DNA of 64,000 bases from Folioceros fuciformis (GCA_049999805.1 JBNGIO010006380.1:552735-616734); one strand, 5' to 3'; shown: positions 50,554-64,000, counted from the stretch's first letter. The notes: a model not told the origin generated them from the letters alone. Made by a program: numbers and translations.

Positions 50554-52258
50554 TCAATGGGCCTGCGATTCTAGCAGTATGTTTGTGGCTACGTTTACGT
50601 CATTGCGAGCCCTTAACAGGGCTTGAGAGGCCATGGCCCTGTCAAAGCCCATTGCAACAAGAGTCGCCACGGACTCGTCCGAAGGTTGCAATATCGGGGC
50701 CAGAGGAGCAGAGGGCGCAAATCGGTTCTGCCACGGTGAAACACCAAAGAAAGTGAGACCAGCACTTTACTGTCAGAAAACCGCAAAAACCAGTGCACTT
50801 GTGTACTGCTGATACCTCATGGGGACGAGCATCTGCTGGCCCTTGCGGCCTTCCTGAGCCCGGTTGTGGTGGTGGGGACGAAAAGAAAGGTGAAAACAAT
50901 CGGCTAGTGGCAGCTGCCAGAAAGTCAGGAAACTGCACGGCCAACATAAAGACACTTGCCCACTGTAAGCAACTGAACAGGACCACCGACGGATCACCGC
51001 AGCGTTTAGCCAGAAAGCCAGTGTGGACTAACCTTAAGTCTGCGTATTCCAAAGATGTTTGATCGATAAGTGAAGCCAGCAAGGACACCACACAGTCCGG
51101 GTATCAAAGACCGTTTCCATGATGACAACAAGAGCTGCGCAAACGAACATCCTGCAAGTTATTCACCAACAGCAGCAGTAACCAACACAACTCAGCAGCG
51201 GCTTTTTAATTTGATCTGAAGCCAGACCTGCAAGCCAGCAGCGTATATGAATGACTTGTCTGAAAACCTTGCACCAAACACCTTGAAGCGAGTTGTGATT
51301 GGAATATCGAAAAAGAAAGGTACAAATGACGCGAAGATAAGACCATACGGGCCCGGGGCCAAGGTGTCTCCTCGTGTTGCTCGACCTGTTTCAAAAAGAA
51401 CATCGGTTGCCTCGTATTCAGTGACGAGAAGCCAGCCAGGCCTGATGTTAGAGGGCATTTGCCCAACACAATCCCTTCTTCCATTTATGCAATAACAATG
51501 GATCCATGACAACGCAAGACCCAGAACTGAACACGAGACGTGTTGGTACGCTGAGTCAGACTGCAGGAAATTTACCCCGAATGGCTGCAAGACCGACCAG
51601 CTCTAGAACTGTGGCGAGCGTGGTGCTCACCAACAGAAAAACCTACACCAAAAAGAAAGAACCATCAGACCATCAAACTTGAGAGCGTCCAAGTGCATCC
51701 AATTTAACATTCGAGAAAAGTATGATCCACCGAACTTACAGCATACTTGTTGGATCCAATGTGTCTTTCAAACACTCTAAAATAGTAGACGAGGTACAAG
51801 CCAAATATAGCCTCCGGAGTTGTCGAAAAAATAAAGGGAGAACACACAAGGCGCCAAAGTTGCAGCTTCCGGAAAATCCCCTGCCATTTCCTCGACTTTC
51901 TCAGTCAAGAACTTTCAATCCAGTGAGCTCTACCCTAAACATTCATGACTGGATATGCACCCGATCGAGAACCTGGCACACACCACAAAGGCACAACAGA
52001 AAACAGAGCTGGCACCTGATAGGAAATGCTACACGCCCTGGAACCACCTTGAAGGCCCACCACAGATATGAATCCGCATACCAGCACCAAGAGCTTCGTC
52101 ACCGGAGCATTATCTGAAAGGAGCCACAGCCAGAACCACGCTCAGCTACATCCGAGAAATCATTCACCGCCATCCAAATGGACCGTCGGTTCAAGTCCGG
52201 AAACAGGACGGAGCGGAGCGGAGGAGCTCTCACGGAAGCCAGATGGACCAGCGTTCAT
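50554..52258 (-). CDS. Rhomboid-like pseudoprotease with C-terminal UBA domain (UBAC2/RBL20-like)
   Basis: [36 protein letters not shown]...[13 protein letters not shown] and the UBA segment [39 protein letters not shown]. Confidence 0.9.
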
Positions 52259-52969
52259 GATGCACCCGCCGGTTCTTGCGAAAACCCTGCTTGCTCCGAT
52301 CCCAGGCCCCGCGCTCAGCTACCCCCGAAAATCCTCTTGCAAGGTGACTCACAACAACCGAAGCCTTAGCCCAGCTAGGGCATCTCAAATCCTGACATCC
52401 CGCACTCTCCAGCTGAACACTCCTGCCGTATCCCTTTGTCAGAATCACTCCCGGCTCTGAATCCGCCACCTTCCCGAGCAATCAGACCTCGATCTACAAA
52501 TTGTCTGCAAACAAAGCGGCACCTTCCGGCGACGAAAACCACGAGGACCGACAGGGGAAGTGTGAAACGGGGACTGCCGCAAGCCCGTAACGTCGCATAG
52601 TCAAACAATCCCGAGTACCTACACGTATGTTTATCGTACTCAAACTCATTTATAAGAAATTCCTACGTTTTTTAATATTTTAAAATATCGTGTACATCGA
52701 AATCTGGGGAGTAACGACTTAGTGCACACGGGCACTGGGGGGGTAATTCTATCGGCACTAACAGCCGGCCTCGCAAGGTGCCAAAACTGAAGATCGATGC
52801 GCTTGTTTACCTATTTAACCTCGTGTGATACATTTCACCTCATTTATCTCTACACTTCTTATTTTAGTTCAGTGACGAACCCGTAATCTATAAAGCCCAG
52901 TGCCTGGGTTCTTACAGGCACCAACTTTGGAGTCGGGACGAGGATCACGAGATGACGCACTGAGCGGCA

Positions 52970-55048
52970 ATGACGCCTGCTCAGCCTCTTCAAGTTCCTC
53001 CTGTTCCTCGTTGGCATAGCTATCAGGTGCTCAAGCAGCTGCGCGATCTGGAGGAAAATCTGTACCTTCTCAAGGCATTGTGAGTTGATTAGTGAGGAGA
53101 GGCGCTGGGACATATGACTTTGTTGGTTAGGTCGTGTCTGTTTCTTTTGTTAGAGCCTGGGAAGCTGTGTAGGGCATTGAGACAGCCGTGGTGTCTTGCA
53201 GGAAGGATGAGGCTGAGGTTCTTCTGGCACGTGAGACGGTGCCTGGATGGAGTGATACTTCAGCGTCTGCAGTGGAGACGCAGCCGGGAATTGAATTTTT
53301 GCCACCAGGTAGTGAACAGCCTGGGAGTGATGGTACCTGCCAAAGTGGTGAGGGAGGAGGCAAGGGTATTGTACCGGATAATGATGCTCAGCCAGTGAGT
53401 GTCTCTCACTTGACGCGTTTAAGGAACGCCTTAGAAGGTTCCTCCGTATGTTTCGAGGACAAAAGGGCAGCTGTTGCACGAGCTGCGATGAGTCTTTCTC
53501 GTGAAGTCGGGAGATTATTGGCACCGCTGGAGAAGGGTTCTGATGCCTTGGCTCAAGGACAGAAGGCTGATGTGATAGCTCAGCTAGCCATAAAGCGGCA
53601 AAAAGTGAAGCGGAACAGGAGGTGGAGAAGCAAACGCAGGCGAAATGCTGCTGTTGCCTTAGAGAAGGTGGGAGGAGGGAGGTTCAGCGTGTTGAGCTCT
53701 TGTTATTCTGGAGTGAAGCATGTATAGGAGGTTGTAGTTGCTACTTGGACCATGTACTGAGCTGGGAAGTGATGGCCACGTTGCTTTCTGTCGTGCAGGA
53801 AAGGGCAGCCTTTGAGAGGATTGACTCAGAAGTTGATGCTTGGAGAGCCAGAGAGATTGCGAGGGATAAAGTGAAGCGGAAGGTCAGATTGAGATTCTTC
53901 TGAATCTGCTTCGTTGTTGCACTACGGCGTCGTTTCATCATCATTGTAATGACACTGCAGATGGAGAACATGAAAGGGATTGCGCAAAAGAAGGCCAAGG
54001 AAGACCGGGTTAGGCAAGCTGAAAAGGTTTCCCGCCTCTTTTTGAATGTTTGTTTGGCAAACAGTTTGTGCAGCTAGTTTCCTACTCTATCTGATTCCCT
54101 TTTCCGTTCTCCTTTCTGGGCAGCAAGAGATGGGTTTGCTTGTTAAGAAGCTTCAAGAACTGCGAGCCCTACGTATACAGAAGCTGAAAAAACAGGGTGA
54201 GCATAGACCTTACCTTTGGGATTCTCCCAATGCTTGCCACTGTCTGTGCAGCGTGTTGATTGGAGATCTCTGATTGTTGGTTGTGATCAGGGAGGTTCTT
54301 CCCCGATGAGGATAATGAGTTCACTGAGCGGATTCGTTTAGCAGTTGAGGAGGAGGAAAAGCAGGCAGCAGCTGCTGCTGATACAAAAGCTGCAGCAGCT
54401 GCGATTGCTAATGCATCAGTGGCAGCAATGTCTGCTACCACGGCAGTGGCCTTGGATATTCCTAAAAAAGGAGTATCAGATGGTTTGGAGGAGGCACAAG
54501 GACAGGATCTTGCCGCAGTGGACAAGCCTAAAGCCAAACTAAATGACTCTTCTGGGACGACTGACGTCTCAGCCAAGCAACGGCCGAGTACAGAGGGACC
54601 AGATCTTACAGCAGACTATCATTGTGAGGGTCTGCCTCCAGAATTTTACCAGTACTTCTACGGGAGCAATTTTGATATGGGCACTCTGATTGAGGTTTGT
54701 GTGCGATTTCGTAATCTCTGTTCTGCATTTCAATTTTGACCTGGACTTTGTCGCATCTCAAGCTAGCTGACGTTGTACAGGTCAGACGATCATGGGACGC
54801 GTTCATCATGCCAGGTGGCAGGTTAGTCACTTGAAATTATAGCAAAAATTCCCACAATTCATTATTCAGAAGTTTGTCTACTGTTTGTCTTGTCAATGTG
54901 TTTCAGCCGAATACCAGGCCACTGGATCCAGGCGCCTGTCCCAGCCGATACCGTGTGGGCCTCTTATCTTGTCAGACCTGCGAGCACAAAAAGAGAGTTG
55001 CAGGTCGCAGCAGAAGATGAGAAGCATAGTAAGAAGCCAAGATCTTAA
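52970..55048 (+). CDS. SNRNP59: U11/U12 snRNP 59 kDa protein (PDCD7-like)
   Basis: KRQKVKRNRRWRSKRR, DAWRAREIARD, KLQELRALRIQKLKKQG.FFPDED and LPPEFYQYFYGSNFDMGTLIEVRRSWDAFIMPGGSRIPGHW. Confidence 0.9.
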
Positions 55049-55696
55049 CAGCCTGTCCCTTCTATCGAGTACATCTTGGCAGGGCCTTCTCTCGGGTACG
55101 ACTTGACGGCAAGAGTTGAAGGCAGACATTGTTACTGTGGGTGCCAACAGCTCACCGTCAATCACACCTGTTTCACAGGTTGCTGCTGTATTTACTCTGT
55201 GTTACACCTTGTTTGGTCTATGATGCCATGATTCGATACGTGTGTGCTTAACTTGTGGGTTCTGATTCGCAGACTTGCCAGCGGACAACTTCCTGGCACG
55301 GTTCTTTGACAAGGGGAGCTACCTGCGTTTACTAGAAGAACCAGCTGCGTTTTGTAATGGACGTCAAGGGCAAAGAAATGTATCCAAGGAGTATTTCACC
55401 ATGCAAGCAAGCTGGAGGTTGTTGTCATGACGGTGAAGGCTTCAGAAGTGCATTCCTTTTGCCACAGGCCCTTTCCTATGAAGGGTTTTGCAACACAGCC
55501 AAGCAGATCGTTCGCTAAGCGGCATTCGACTTGTCCGTATTTGGTAAGCAAGACAAGTACTGGCAGTGTCTTGACCGAAAATGCATCTTGCCAGTAGTGT
55601 GGTGGTGGCAGGTGTCGCGGTGCCTTCGCTCTGCGGAGTTTGTGGTTTCTACTGTTATTTAATAGGTAGTCCTCCGCCTCCGTGCGATCCAGATGT

Positions 55697-56470
55697 CTAG
55701 AAAAATAGGAGGCACAGAATGACAAGGCAGCCGAGTAGAAGCAAAATTCTCGACAGCTGTGCTTCTTGTTGCTGGTCAGGTGTGAGCGGCGGTGGAGAAT
55801 ACAAGCCCCCATGAATACTTTGCACGCCACCGCCGTCTGGTAATCCGTGCACGTGAAAGCCGAAGAGAGAGGGGAAAAGGCCAAAGCCCGCCGAGAGCGT
55901 GATGTTCCCAAACCTGGCAGTGGCAGTAGGCCCGCCGGGGCCTGACATGTAGTTGAATCCGTGAGGGGCATAATGCAGAGCCTGATCCGAAACCTGGCGT
56001 GCCATATCAGGCCTCTGGCCCGCAGGCCGATGCGGGATGCTAATCCCTAACACAGTCTTGGTCCTGGGATCGACAGATCCAACCTTACCTCGGCCGTAGA
56101 GAGGAATGACCTTCTCCTCCTCCACATTCCCCTTGCACACAGGACACTCCTGCGAGATGGAGTGCACCTGGAGCCAACGGTAGAGACAGGGCCAGCAGAA
56201 GAGATGCCCGCAGAGCGTCACCACAGGGTCCTGCGCCAGTTCGAGACATATGTTGCAATCGAAGCTGCCGCCATCGCTGCCGCTAGTGGCCGCCACGGCC
56301 GCCACCACTTGGCTCTCATCTCCAGCGGAGTGCTGCGCCGCTGGCTCTTGCTCCTCTTGCTGTGAGGCTGCAGGTTCGCAATCTGCATACACCGCCACTG
56401 ATTGAGAACTCGCCTCCGATTGCATGATGCTGGCGGCTTCCATTTCCTTGCTTTCCGCTTCGCTACTCAT
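55697..56470 (-). CDS. RMA/RNF5-type C3HC4 RING E3 ligase, membrane-anchored
   Basis: FDCNICLELAQDPVVTLCGHLFCWPCLYRWL...ECPVCKG...IPLYGRG, IPHRPAGQR and C-terminal TM LSRILLLLGCLVILCLLFF*. Confidence 0.94.
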   Translation of the reverse strand: MSSEAESKEMEAASIMQSEASSQSVAVYADCEPAASQQEEQEPAAQHSAGDESQVVAAVAATSGSDGGSFDCNICLELAQDPVVTLCGHLFCWPCLYRWLQVHSISQECPVCKGNVEEEKVIPLYGRGKVGSVDPRTKTVLGISIPHRPAGQRPDMARQVSDQALHYAPHGFNYMSGPGGPTATARFGNITLSAGFGLFPSLFGFHVHGLPDGGGVQSIHGGLYSPPPLTPDQQQEAQLSRILLLLGCLVILCLLFF

Positions 56471-57285
56471 CCTAGTCCCGGTCCCAACGTCGCGCACCCG
56501 AAGGCGAAGCGCAGCATACGCTCCCTCTGCCGCTCCCACTCCCGCGTTGCTCAGGGGAGCGGGAGCGGCAACTGCATCCGCGCTGTCGCGCCGGAGCTGG
56601 TGAGACGTCTCCTTGCAGCGCGCTGTGAGACTCGAGAGCGGCAGGCGTGCCGCTTGGCAACCTCGCTCACTTCCGCCATGCGAGCTCGCGATTTTCTCAA
56701 AAACCAACCCTCCTCTTCCGAGCTAGGGCGGAAATCTCAAATCGTTGTGAAAATCGTTCACCGTTTTTCAAACTGAACCGTGTGCCGGCGCCGAATACTG
56801 TACTCAAACAAGGGCTCCAGCCTCAACTTGTCACACTTGGCAATTCGCGCAGCGAGTGCCAACCGAGTCTGAATTGGCCAGGACAGGAGTAGGTCTCTGA
56901 TTTGCTGAGACAGAGGGAAAAGTCTTCAGACAGTAAAAAGCCCCAGCAGTATGATGGCGTCAGCACATCGTGTGTTTATCTGACAGGGATCCACGATCGG
57001 ATGATGAAAGATGAAACCGGCATTGTTCAATGAACGTCCGTGGAATATGCACGCCTATAGGGAGCGAATATGCCGTTGTTACGTAGACGACACCTCGCTG
57101 TGGTTGTTGTGGAAATACATAGGGGATTCAGTGCACAAGGCTGGAGCTCACTGTTTGTGTCCCCATCCTGAACGTGTGGAGGTGCAGCAGCAGCACAGAA
57201 GGACAATGCGTGATTGATGGAGCAGGAGGTGGCAGCTGCAGGCAGCCGTTCCGTTGCGCGGTTTGATTAACCACAGAAGTGACCG

Positions 57286-58923
57286 ATGCCGAGCGGCAGT
57301 GCCCGCGGGGCTCTGGTCCCGGCGAGGCAGCAAGGGCACTGGGCGGAAAATTTTGCGTCAGGCGCGGCGGCTTCTGTGGTTTCCAAGTTGGTGTTGCAGC
57401 CCTTTGATACCACCAAGACTCTGCTCCAGGTGAGTGGTGCTTTCTAGGCTCTTTTGGTCTTTTGGTTTGGTTTGATGGATTCGTTCACTGAAGGTCTGCT
57501 GGATATTGTTGGAATAAATGCAGATGTATCCACTCTGCTTTCCTCTTGCAGGCGTCCAAGGAGGTGAGGGGAAATTACAAAAGCTTGGCAGACTGTGCAG
57601 CGGGAATTGTGAAGACCAAGGGGCTGGGAGGACTGTACTGTGGCTTCTTCGCGTCGCTCGCTGTCTCTGCGCCGTCTACGGCTGTGTTTGCTGCTGGGTA
57701 TGAATTTGCCAAGAATGTGTTGGAGAAGACCGCTGCCAATCACCCGCTCGGGGGAATGTTGCAGCCCTGTGCTCCCATTTTGGCTGCCTCGTTCGGGAAC
57801 TTATTTTCCAGTGTAGTGAGAGTGCCACCGGAGGTGGTGAAACAGCAGGTGCAGACAGGGATGTACAGGTGGGCACCTTGGAGCTGTCGCTTCAGGGCAA
57901 AGCTGCGTGTACGTTGTGAGGCTTAAGTAGACTGACAAGGGTTTTGCTTCGTGGGCAGGGATGTTTTTGAAGCTACTAATAGAATTTGGGTACAGCATGG
58001 TGCTGCTGGGTTCTACAGAGGGTACTCAAGCATGGTTGGCCACTTACGATAGCATAAAGTGTTTTGTGCGTTGTTGAGGAGAGAGGTGTGGGTATGCCTT
58101 GCTGTAGTCACTGCAACATCTGTTTGCTGCCCTTTTCAGGTTCTTAGAGATATACCCTACGCAGCCCTGCAATTCATGACCTTCGAGGCACTGAAAAAAC
58201 ATAAAGCATTATGGCTGGAGAAGCAGAAACGAAACTCACACACTGGTGAAGTGTCCGGATCACACAACGATCTGGCCCTAAATCTGTGTATGGGTGCTGT
58301 AAGTGTGCCGGCATTTGATGCAATTCTGGCTTCGGATGCTATGGTTAACTGTTTACAATGAAAAGCCACGCCGAGTATTTGATGTATACCTTGTCATGCA
58401 GATTGCTGGTGCTGTTGCCAGTGTTTTGACAACCCCGTTAGATGTGGTGAAGACTCGGGTCATGACAGAACGGACGCTCACCGGGCTCGTCTCTGGAGGC
58501 ATGAGATCGACCATGAAAAAAATATGGATAGAAGAGGTACTGGATGCCTTGTTTTTTTTTGGTGGAAAACTTTCGTCCATGCGAAATTCTAAACACAGAG
58601 TGAGGTGCACAGCTTCTGCCACTAAGTTTGCATTTGTACGACCATACTCAGGGACTGCACGGATTTGGCCGCGGCATGGCACCCCGAGTTCTCTACAAGG
58701 TGAGCTGTACGATCTTCATCCGTCCTGTAGCTGTCATCTTGTAGCTTGCTGAAGCTTCCAGATGAACAGTTACTCCTGGTCGGTTTGCTAGGTGCCAGCA
58801 TCAGCCATCTTTCTGATGTGCTATGAAGTGACGAAGAAGCTGTTTCGGGCAAGGAGCATGCGCTCAACGTTGAGCCGGGACACTCCCCGGGTTCACAAGG
58901 TATGTCTGCGTTGTTTTGTTTGA
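57286..58923 (+). CDS. Mitochondrial carrier family protein (S-adenosylmethionine carrier-like); 3' end uncertain
   Basis: Three PX[DE]XX[KR] signatures (PFDTTKT, PPEVVKQ, PLDVVKT), plus RDIPYAALQFMTFEALK and GMAPRVLYK. Confidence 0.88.
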
Positions 58924-59422
58924 TACTGTGAAGCGCCGCTAGATGGACACGACAGCACCTGATTCCTGTATCAAACCAGAGCGGACTTCGTCACGTCATC
59001 AAGCCCAGCCAAAGCCACACCGAGAAATCCACCTCGATCGTTCCCACGCCCAGTGGACAGTGACACGACCATTCACACGCCGCGTCCGCCAAAATCTCTG
59101 GGTCGCGGTCTTGCACACGGGCAAATTATTGCGAATGTCGGAGGCGGGACTTTTGATGGTGTTATGATACCTCCAAATGTAAGAGGAAGCAGTGCTGCTG
59201 GGCGGCGTGGGGTGTGTCCTTGTGCAGCTGATCCTTATGCTCACTTGAAGTATTCTGTGTTGAAGCAGTGAAATTGCTTGAGCTCATAGTACAATTGAGT
59301 GATGGTACATTTGGCCATTGTTTACAATAAAATAGCTGTGACATCTGTGCAGAGATGCAAAACATGGCCGGCAGTCGTACAACCCATCGGGACGATTCAG
59401 TCAACTCCAAAGAAAATTAAGA

Positions 59423-60598
59423 TTACGCGGAGGCTAATAGTTGTTGAGCAGTAAGCTCCGGCACCACGGCAACACGGTCGTCCTCACTTCTCGACGGTGC
59501 AGTGCCCTCTCCGTTCTGAAAGGCCAGCCACAATGCTGTCAGCAGTACAGCACAGATCGCAGCTGCAAATGCGGGAACACTGATTGATGGCACATCCACA
59601 TTGCAGTGACGGAATTGAAGAGTACTTGTTGCACTTGCCTTAATTATAAATGTCTGACTGTGCAAGTGAGAAGGCCGACAGTTTAGATCAATCATCCTGC
59701 CAACTGGCTTCTCAGCAAGAGGAAAGGCTTCCAGGTCTTCATCCCCAACCGTGATAGCGAATGCTGGAGCATTGCTGTTGTTCCAATCACTTGACGGACC
59801 CTTCTTCTCTTGAGCATGTTCGTGGTGATGATGGTGATGGTGGTGGTGATGGTGGTGGTGGTGATGTTCATTTCCTTGCTGTCGGGTTGCATCCTTGGGT
59901 GCCTCTTGGGATTTTGCCACAACTGCTCCAGCAGCGGCGAGGTCCTTTAGGGAAGGGATCTGCGTTATATCCCAGTCACCAAGAGAATTAGATAACAACC
60001 TCATAGCCATTTACACAGGGAAGGGAGAGACTCAATGGGAACTGCATGCAGTCTGCATGAGAGTAAGCAGGCAGACTCACCTCCACCCTTTGCCCCATAA
60101 GAAGGTATCGCTCATGGGTCTTTTTGCCTCCAATGTGTACATCCATGTCACATTGCAAGCACAAGGACGTACCATCGATTCCACAGAAGAAGAATGCTGC
60201 ATGAACATGAGTGATGGACAGAGATGTCAGCATTCCTCAAGCCTACGAGATTTGTTAACATGCCAGGACAGCTGCAGACACGAAACCTAATCTAGCCAGC
60301 AAGCCCAGATCACCAGGTGAATTCTCGCAGATGTCACACCGAGGCACAGAGCGAGCCTCTGCCAGCTGCACCCGCACATGTCTGTTCGCAAGCTTGTTGC
60401 AGCCATGAACCTGGACAAACGCAAACACTAAACCGGCTTCAGTGACCCACGGTTGTCTGCATTGTCAAACAATCCCAAAAAACTCCACAAGCACCACAAA
60501 AAAACCTTGTCATCGCATTTGAGGCAAAGTGCAGCCTCATCCGCAGCGCAGAACAATCGGGCCGGTGCTGCCTCACAGCCGTCACAGAGAGTCCTCAT
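59423..60598 (-). CDS. Double B-box zinc finger protein (BBX18/19-like, no CCT domain)
   Basis: [45 protein letters not shown]...[49 protein letters not shown], plus MIDLN motif and a poly-His tract. Confidence 0.93.
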
Positions 60599-61576
60599 TT
60601 ATCCCCCCCCACAATTCCAGGCCAGAAGCCACTCCAGCCGTCAACCAGGTCAAAGTGTCATAAACTAGCCACGTCTGGTGCACGTCCCTTCTATCCTACA
60701 CCTACCCTTCCCTACGTTTCTCATCCCAGACCTGCACCCGGCGACGAGAAAGTAACAGGAAGCAACCCGGCCGCCCATCCTGCTCCAATATCCTCTTCTC
60801 CCGTACCCATCAGCAGAGACGGGGTCATGTCAGTCCCCGTAAACGCGACATCCGTCCGTCTCACAATTGGGCTTATTGCTCTCGATGCAAACTGCCATCT
60901 TCCTTGACAAACAGCCCGTGCACAGCCCTTTCGATAGCGATGAAATACCAAGTTTCATGCCCCTCCGCGCTGCTCCATCTACCTCCCTACGGCCCCATCG
61001 GAGGATCGCCGGGGCTATTCAAACCTGAAACAGGATTCCAGCAGCCCACAGACAAGGAATGCCCATTACCAGAGAGTTGAAGGGAGGACGACAAGTGGAG
61101 CCTGGATGCGGGAATACGATCGTGAGTACGAGCAAGACACGGAAAGCCAAGAACGTACGTCTCCACCAGTGCAGCAATCGCATGGGCTCGCAATGCGGAA
61201 TGGATTCCAAAGATGCTGGCCTGGAGCAGGCCCGTCCAGGTCTCCAAGGTGACTGCTCAATTTGGCATAAACCGCACATGAAAGAGCAGGTTGCCCGGCA
61301 AAGAGAGTGGCCCAAGCAGTCCCGACTCCCGACCTCACCTCTGAGACTCAGCAGCTCTTCCATCCGGACGAGAAGATATTTCGCAAAGCGGTCCAAAAAT
61401 CTCCTCCATGAGGCTCCCTCTGACGTGTTCCTGACCTTAAATCCGAATAAGTAGATCCACATGACGCTGACGACTGGGATACCGACGCCTTGTGCTGCGT
61501 CCAGTGTCGCAGCCCCATGTGGACGCATCCAAAGCTCCCATCAGTCCCGGTCCGAGAAGTATGCAGATAGCGCTTT

Positions 61577-62098
61577 CTATGATTTCTCAAACAAGACTCG
61601 TCCAATTGCAATGCTTGGCAGTCGGAAGTTGGTATACATATGTATGAATCTGTTGTCCGCCAGAACGGCGGCTACAAGAAAACCCCAGGCGATATCAACT
61701 GAACAAATGTGAAAGGCCAACGCGCTATTCGGAACGGACAGACAATGTATCAGGCAACTACCTACAAACATGTCAGAGCAATCCACACTCCCCATAATGT
61801 CAGAATGTACCTCCTTGCCTGAAACCATATCTGCTGCAGCGGTACATGCTTCGAGCATTGCGACAAACACAGAGTCGTTGGGTTTCACAGCCGAACCTCT
61901 CATTTGCCTGCTGTACAGGCGGACAGCCTGAGCCGGCTGCCCATGGTCAGAATGCGTCTTGATGACGGAAGCCCACTCGAAAAACATGACTAGCGCTACA
62001 TCTAAGCTGCAGAACACTTCAAGCCTTGCTTCCTCCAACATGGCATGTAAAGCACAGATGCGAATTGTAGGGTCGGCCAGAAACGGGTCACTCTGCAA
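61577..62098 (-). pseudogene. PLS-class PPR gene fragment
   Basis: WASVIKTHSDHGQPAQAVRLYSRQMRGSAVKPNDSVFVAMLEACTAAADMVSGKEVHSDI...DMFVGSCLIH gives degenerate P-L-S repeats. No clear start or editing domain. Confidence 0.75.
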
Positions 62099-63109
62099 GC
62101 AATGGAAAATCAGTCTTCTACATTTCTAGGACCAGAGCGATCGCATGTATAGTTGCAGGGGAGTAAAACTAATAGCCATGGAAGGAGCTGCCGAGTTCAG
62201 CACGCACTAGACTTTCTTACATTGAGATCATATACACAACATTGTAAAAGGAGTTATGCATTGTCCGGATCCACCACTAACTCTCTATCACACGACATCG
62301 TGTGTGACACACAATAAGTCAAATCTCGCAAAGCACACTGTGGAGTGGAGTCTGGTGGTGTCTCGTACATGTACCTGCACGCTGGGCTACGCAGCTTCGG
62401 CTCGTCTCCGCTGGAAGTCTAATATCAAAATTTCTTGCCCTTTCTGCCTCCCGCTTACGGATCACATCGGTCCGATGCAGCAGAGGAATTCATAAAGCTA
62501 GCGTCTGCCCTCATCGTGGCTCTGAAATGAAACATCAAGTACATCACTTCGTCCTGCGAATGCAATACATTGCATCCAGGCAAGAAGGAGATACATACAC
62601 CCACCCAACACCATGTACTGGAGATCCATACACCCCTCGGACACCACATACTTCAAGTCGTTGCACGTCTGTCTTCCTTTGTCTTGAAGCTGTTGACATG
62701 TTGGAGAATCGAGCTCCAACGACTTTAACGTAGGGTATAGATCTCGGTATAGGATACTCCACAACGAAACAGATTAAACATCCCCGAGATTATGACCAGC
62801 CTTTGTGGCTATATTTGTGGTGCACCGGTACACAACTTTCAGCGTAGATGTGATTGTGATGCGTGTGAGTTTCCCATCATATGGTCAGGTCATAGAAGGT
62901 TCAGCAAGCAAGGGGAAGTGCAGGGGCTGGGTTATATGCTCCAAAGACAGGGCGGAAGGCTCACAAGTGATCAGTGAAATACCTATTCTTGTAAGAGAAT
63001 TCTTTTGAATAGAGCTTGACTTGCACATAGCTTTTGAGGTGGAGCAAAAGATGGATGGGATGGAGGATATGGAGGACGTAGGTATGGATGTGGAGGGCAT
63101 AAGGAAGAT

Positions 63110-64000
63110 GTGGGTTCTAGTGACGGAGAGGAGTCGAACAATGAGGTATACGATGATGATGATATCTTGGTCTACGATGATGATGATATCTTGGTCGACG
63201 AGTTCTCCATATTTAGAGATGAACTGAATGTGGAGTTCTCCATCTCCAATGACACAATTCCTACACTTCATATTACAGAGCCACAACTCAAGCCTGGTGT
63301 ATATGATCTTCATGTTATGATTTATTTGTTGAGTGAGGAATATGGATGTGAAGAAGGTTGCTCTAGATCTACACATGCGATTGCTACATCAAATGTAGAG
63401 GACTCTTCTAAATTGTCAAAAGATATCGTGGAAGAAATTTTGCTGCGATTTGTCTACTACATCAAATGTAGAGGACTCTCCTAAATTGCCAAAAGATATT
63501 GTGGAAGAAATTTTGCTGCTATTGTCTACTAGATTGTAGGCTCAATGCCAATCTACTTGCAAGGAGTGGCATACGACACTCACAAATGCAGAATTTCTTC
63601 GTCGAAGTTTTCTTCAGGAACTAAAGTCACACACCATAACACCCCTGTTGTGCACCCTTGCATTTTGCTACAAAAATAGTTATTATCATTCGAGAGATGA
63701 TCATTCTAGTGCTTCAATGATGAGGCTGCCAATCCTACACAAGGCCTTGAAAGTAGATCTCTCCTTCTTACCAAAGCTGTTGCAACATAACATGACGATG
63801 TTCATTGCTGCCGATGTATGTCCAACATCTGGTTTCATATGTTTATCACGTCAGGCAGCCGAGGGAATGTATGTGTGTGTGGTGAATCCGATGAACCAGA
63901 GCTTCAAACTTTTTCCTGTACTTCAAAACCTTCAAGGTTATAATATCGTCTTATTGGTGGAACCAAGAATTGAAGCAGGAAAAGTTCCTAGCTTCAAGGT
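63110..64000 (+). pseudogene. F-box protein pseudogene (runs off the window end)
   Basis: KLPKDIVEEILLLLSTRL*AQCQSTCKEWHTTLTNAEFL is an F-box with TAG at 63537-63539, followed by an open frame with ...SGFICL...YVCVVNPMNQSFKLFP. A duplicated segment of about 70 bp shifts the frame. Confidence 0.75.

Overview
Gene-dense nuclear DNA from a land plant with short introns (mostly about 60-110 nt). A flagellar dynein light chain (TCTEX1D2-type) and a PLS-class PPR remnant point to a seed-free plant with motile sperm, such as a hornwort or a Selaginella-like lycophyte (inference). About 20 apparently intact genes are present: Asn-tRNA ligase, cytochrome b5, cycloartenol synthase, a small conserved protein, EAF, group III XTH, TCTEX1D2, DUF179, an MTP1-like Zn transporter, soluble pyrophosphatase, Nup50-like RanBD protein, site-1 protease SBT6.1, MYG1, PRP28, a TPR-like protein, UBAC2/RBL20-like, U11/U12-59K, an RMA-type RING E3, a mitochondrial carrier and a double B-box protein. 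Pseudogenes of VEP1/PRISE, PPR and F-box type are also present. Two signals are not explained by these genes. The first is a decayed bacterial-type beta-class N4C/N6A DNA methyltransferase inside a 5.4-kb minisatellite-rich island (23.0-28.4 kb). The second is a duplicated, structure-conserving H/ACA-like RNA in an unusually long MYG1 intron. All gene models were read by eye; CDS coordinates run from first to last coding base and include introns.
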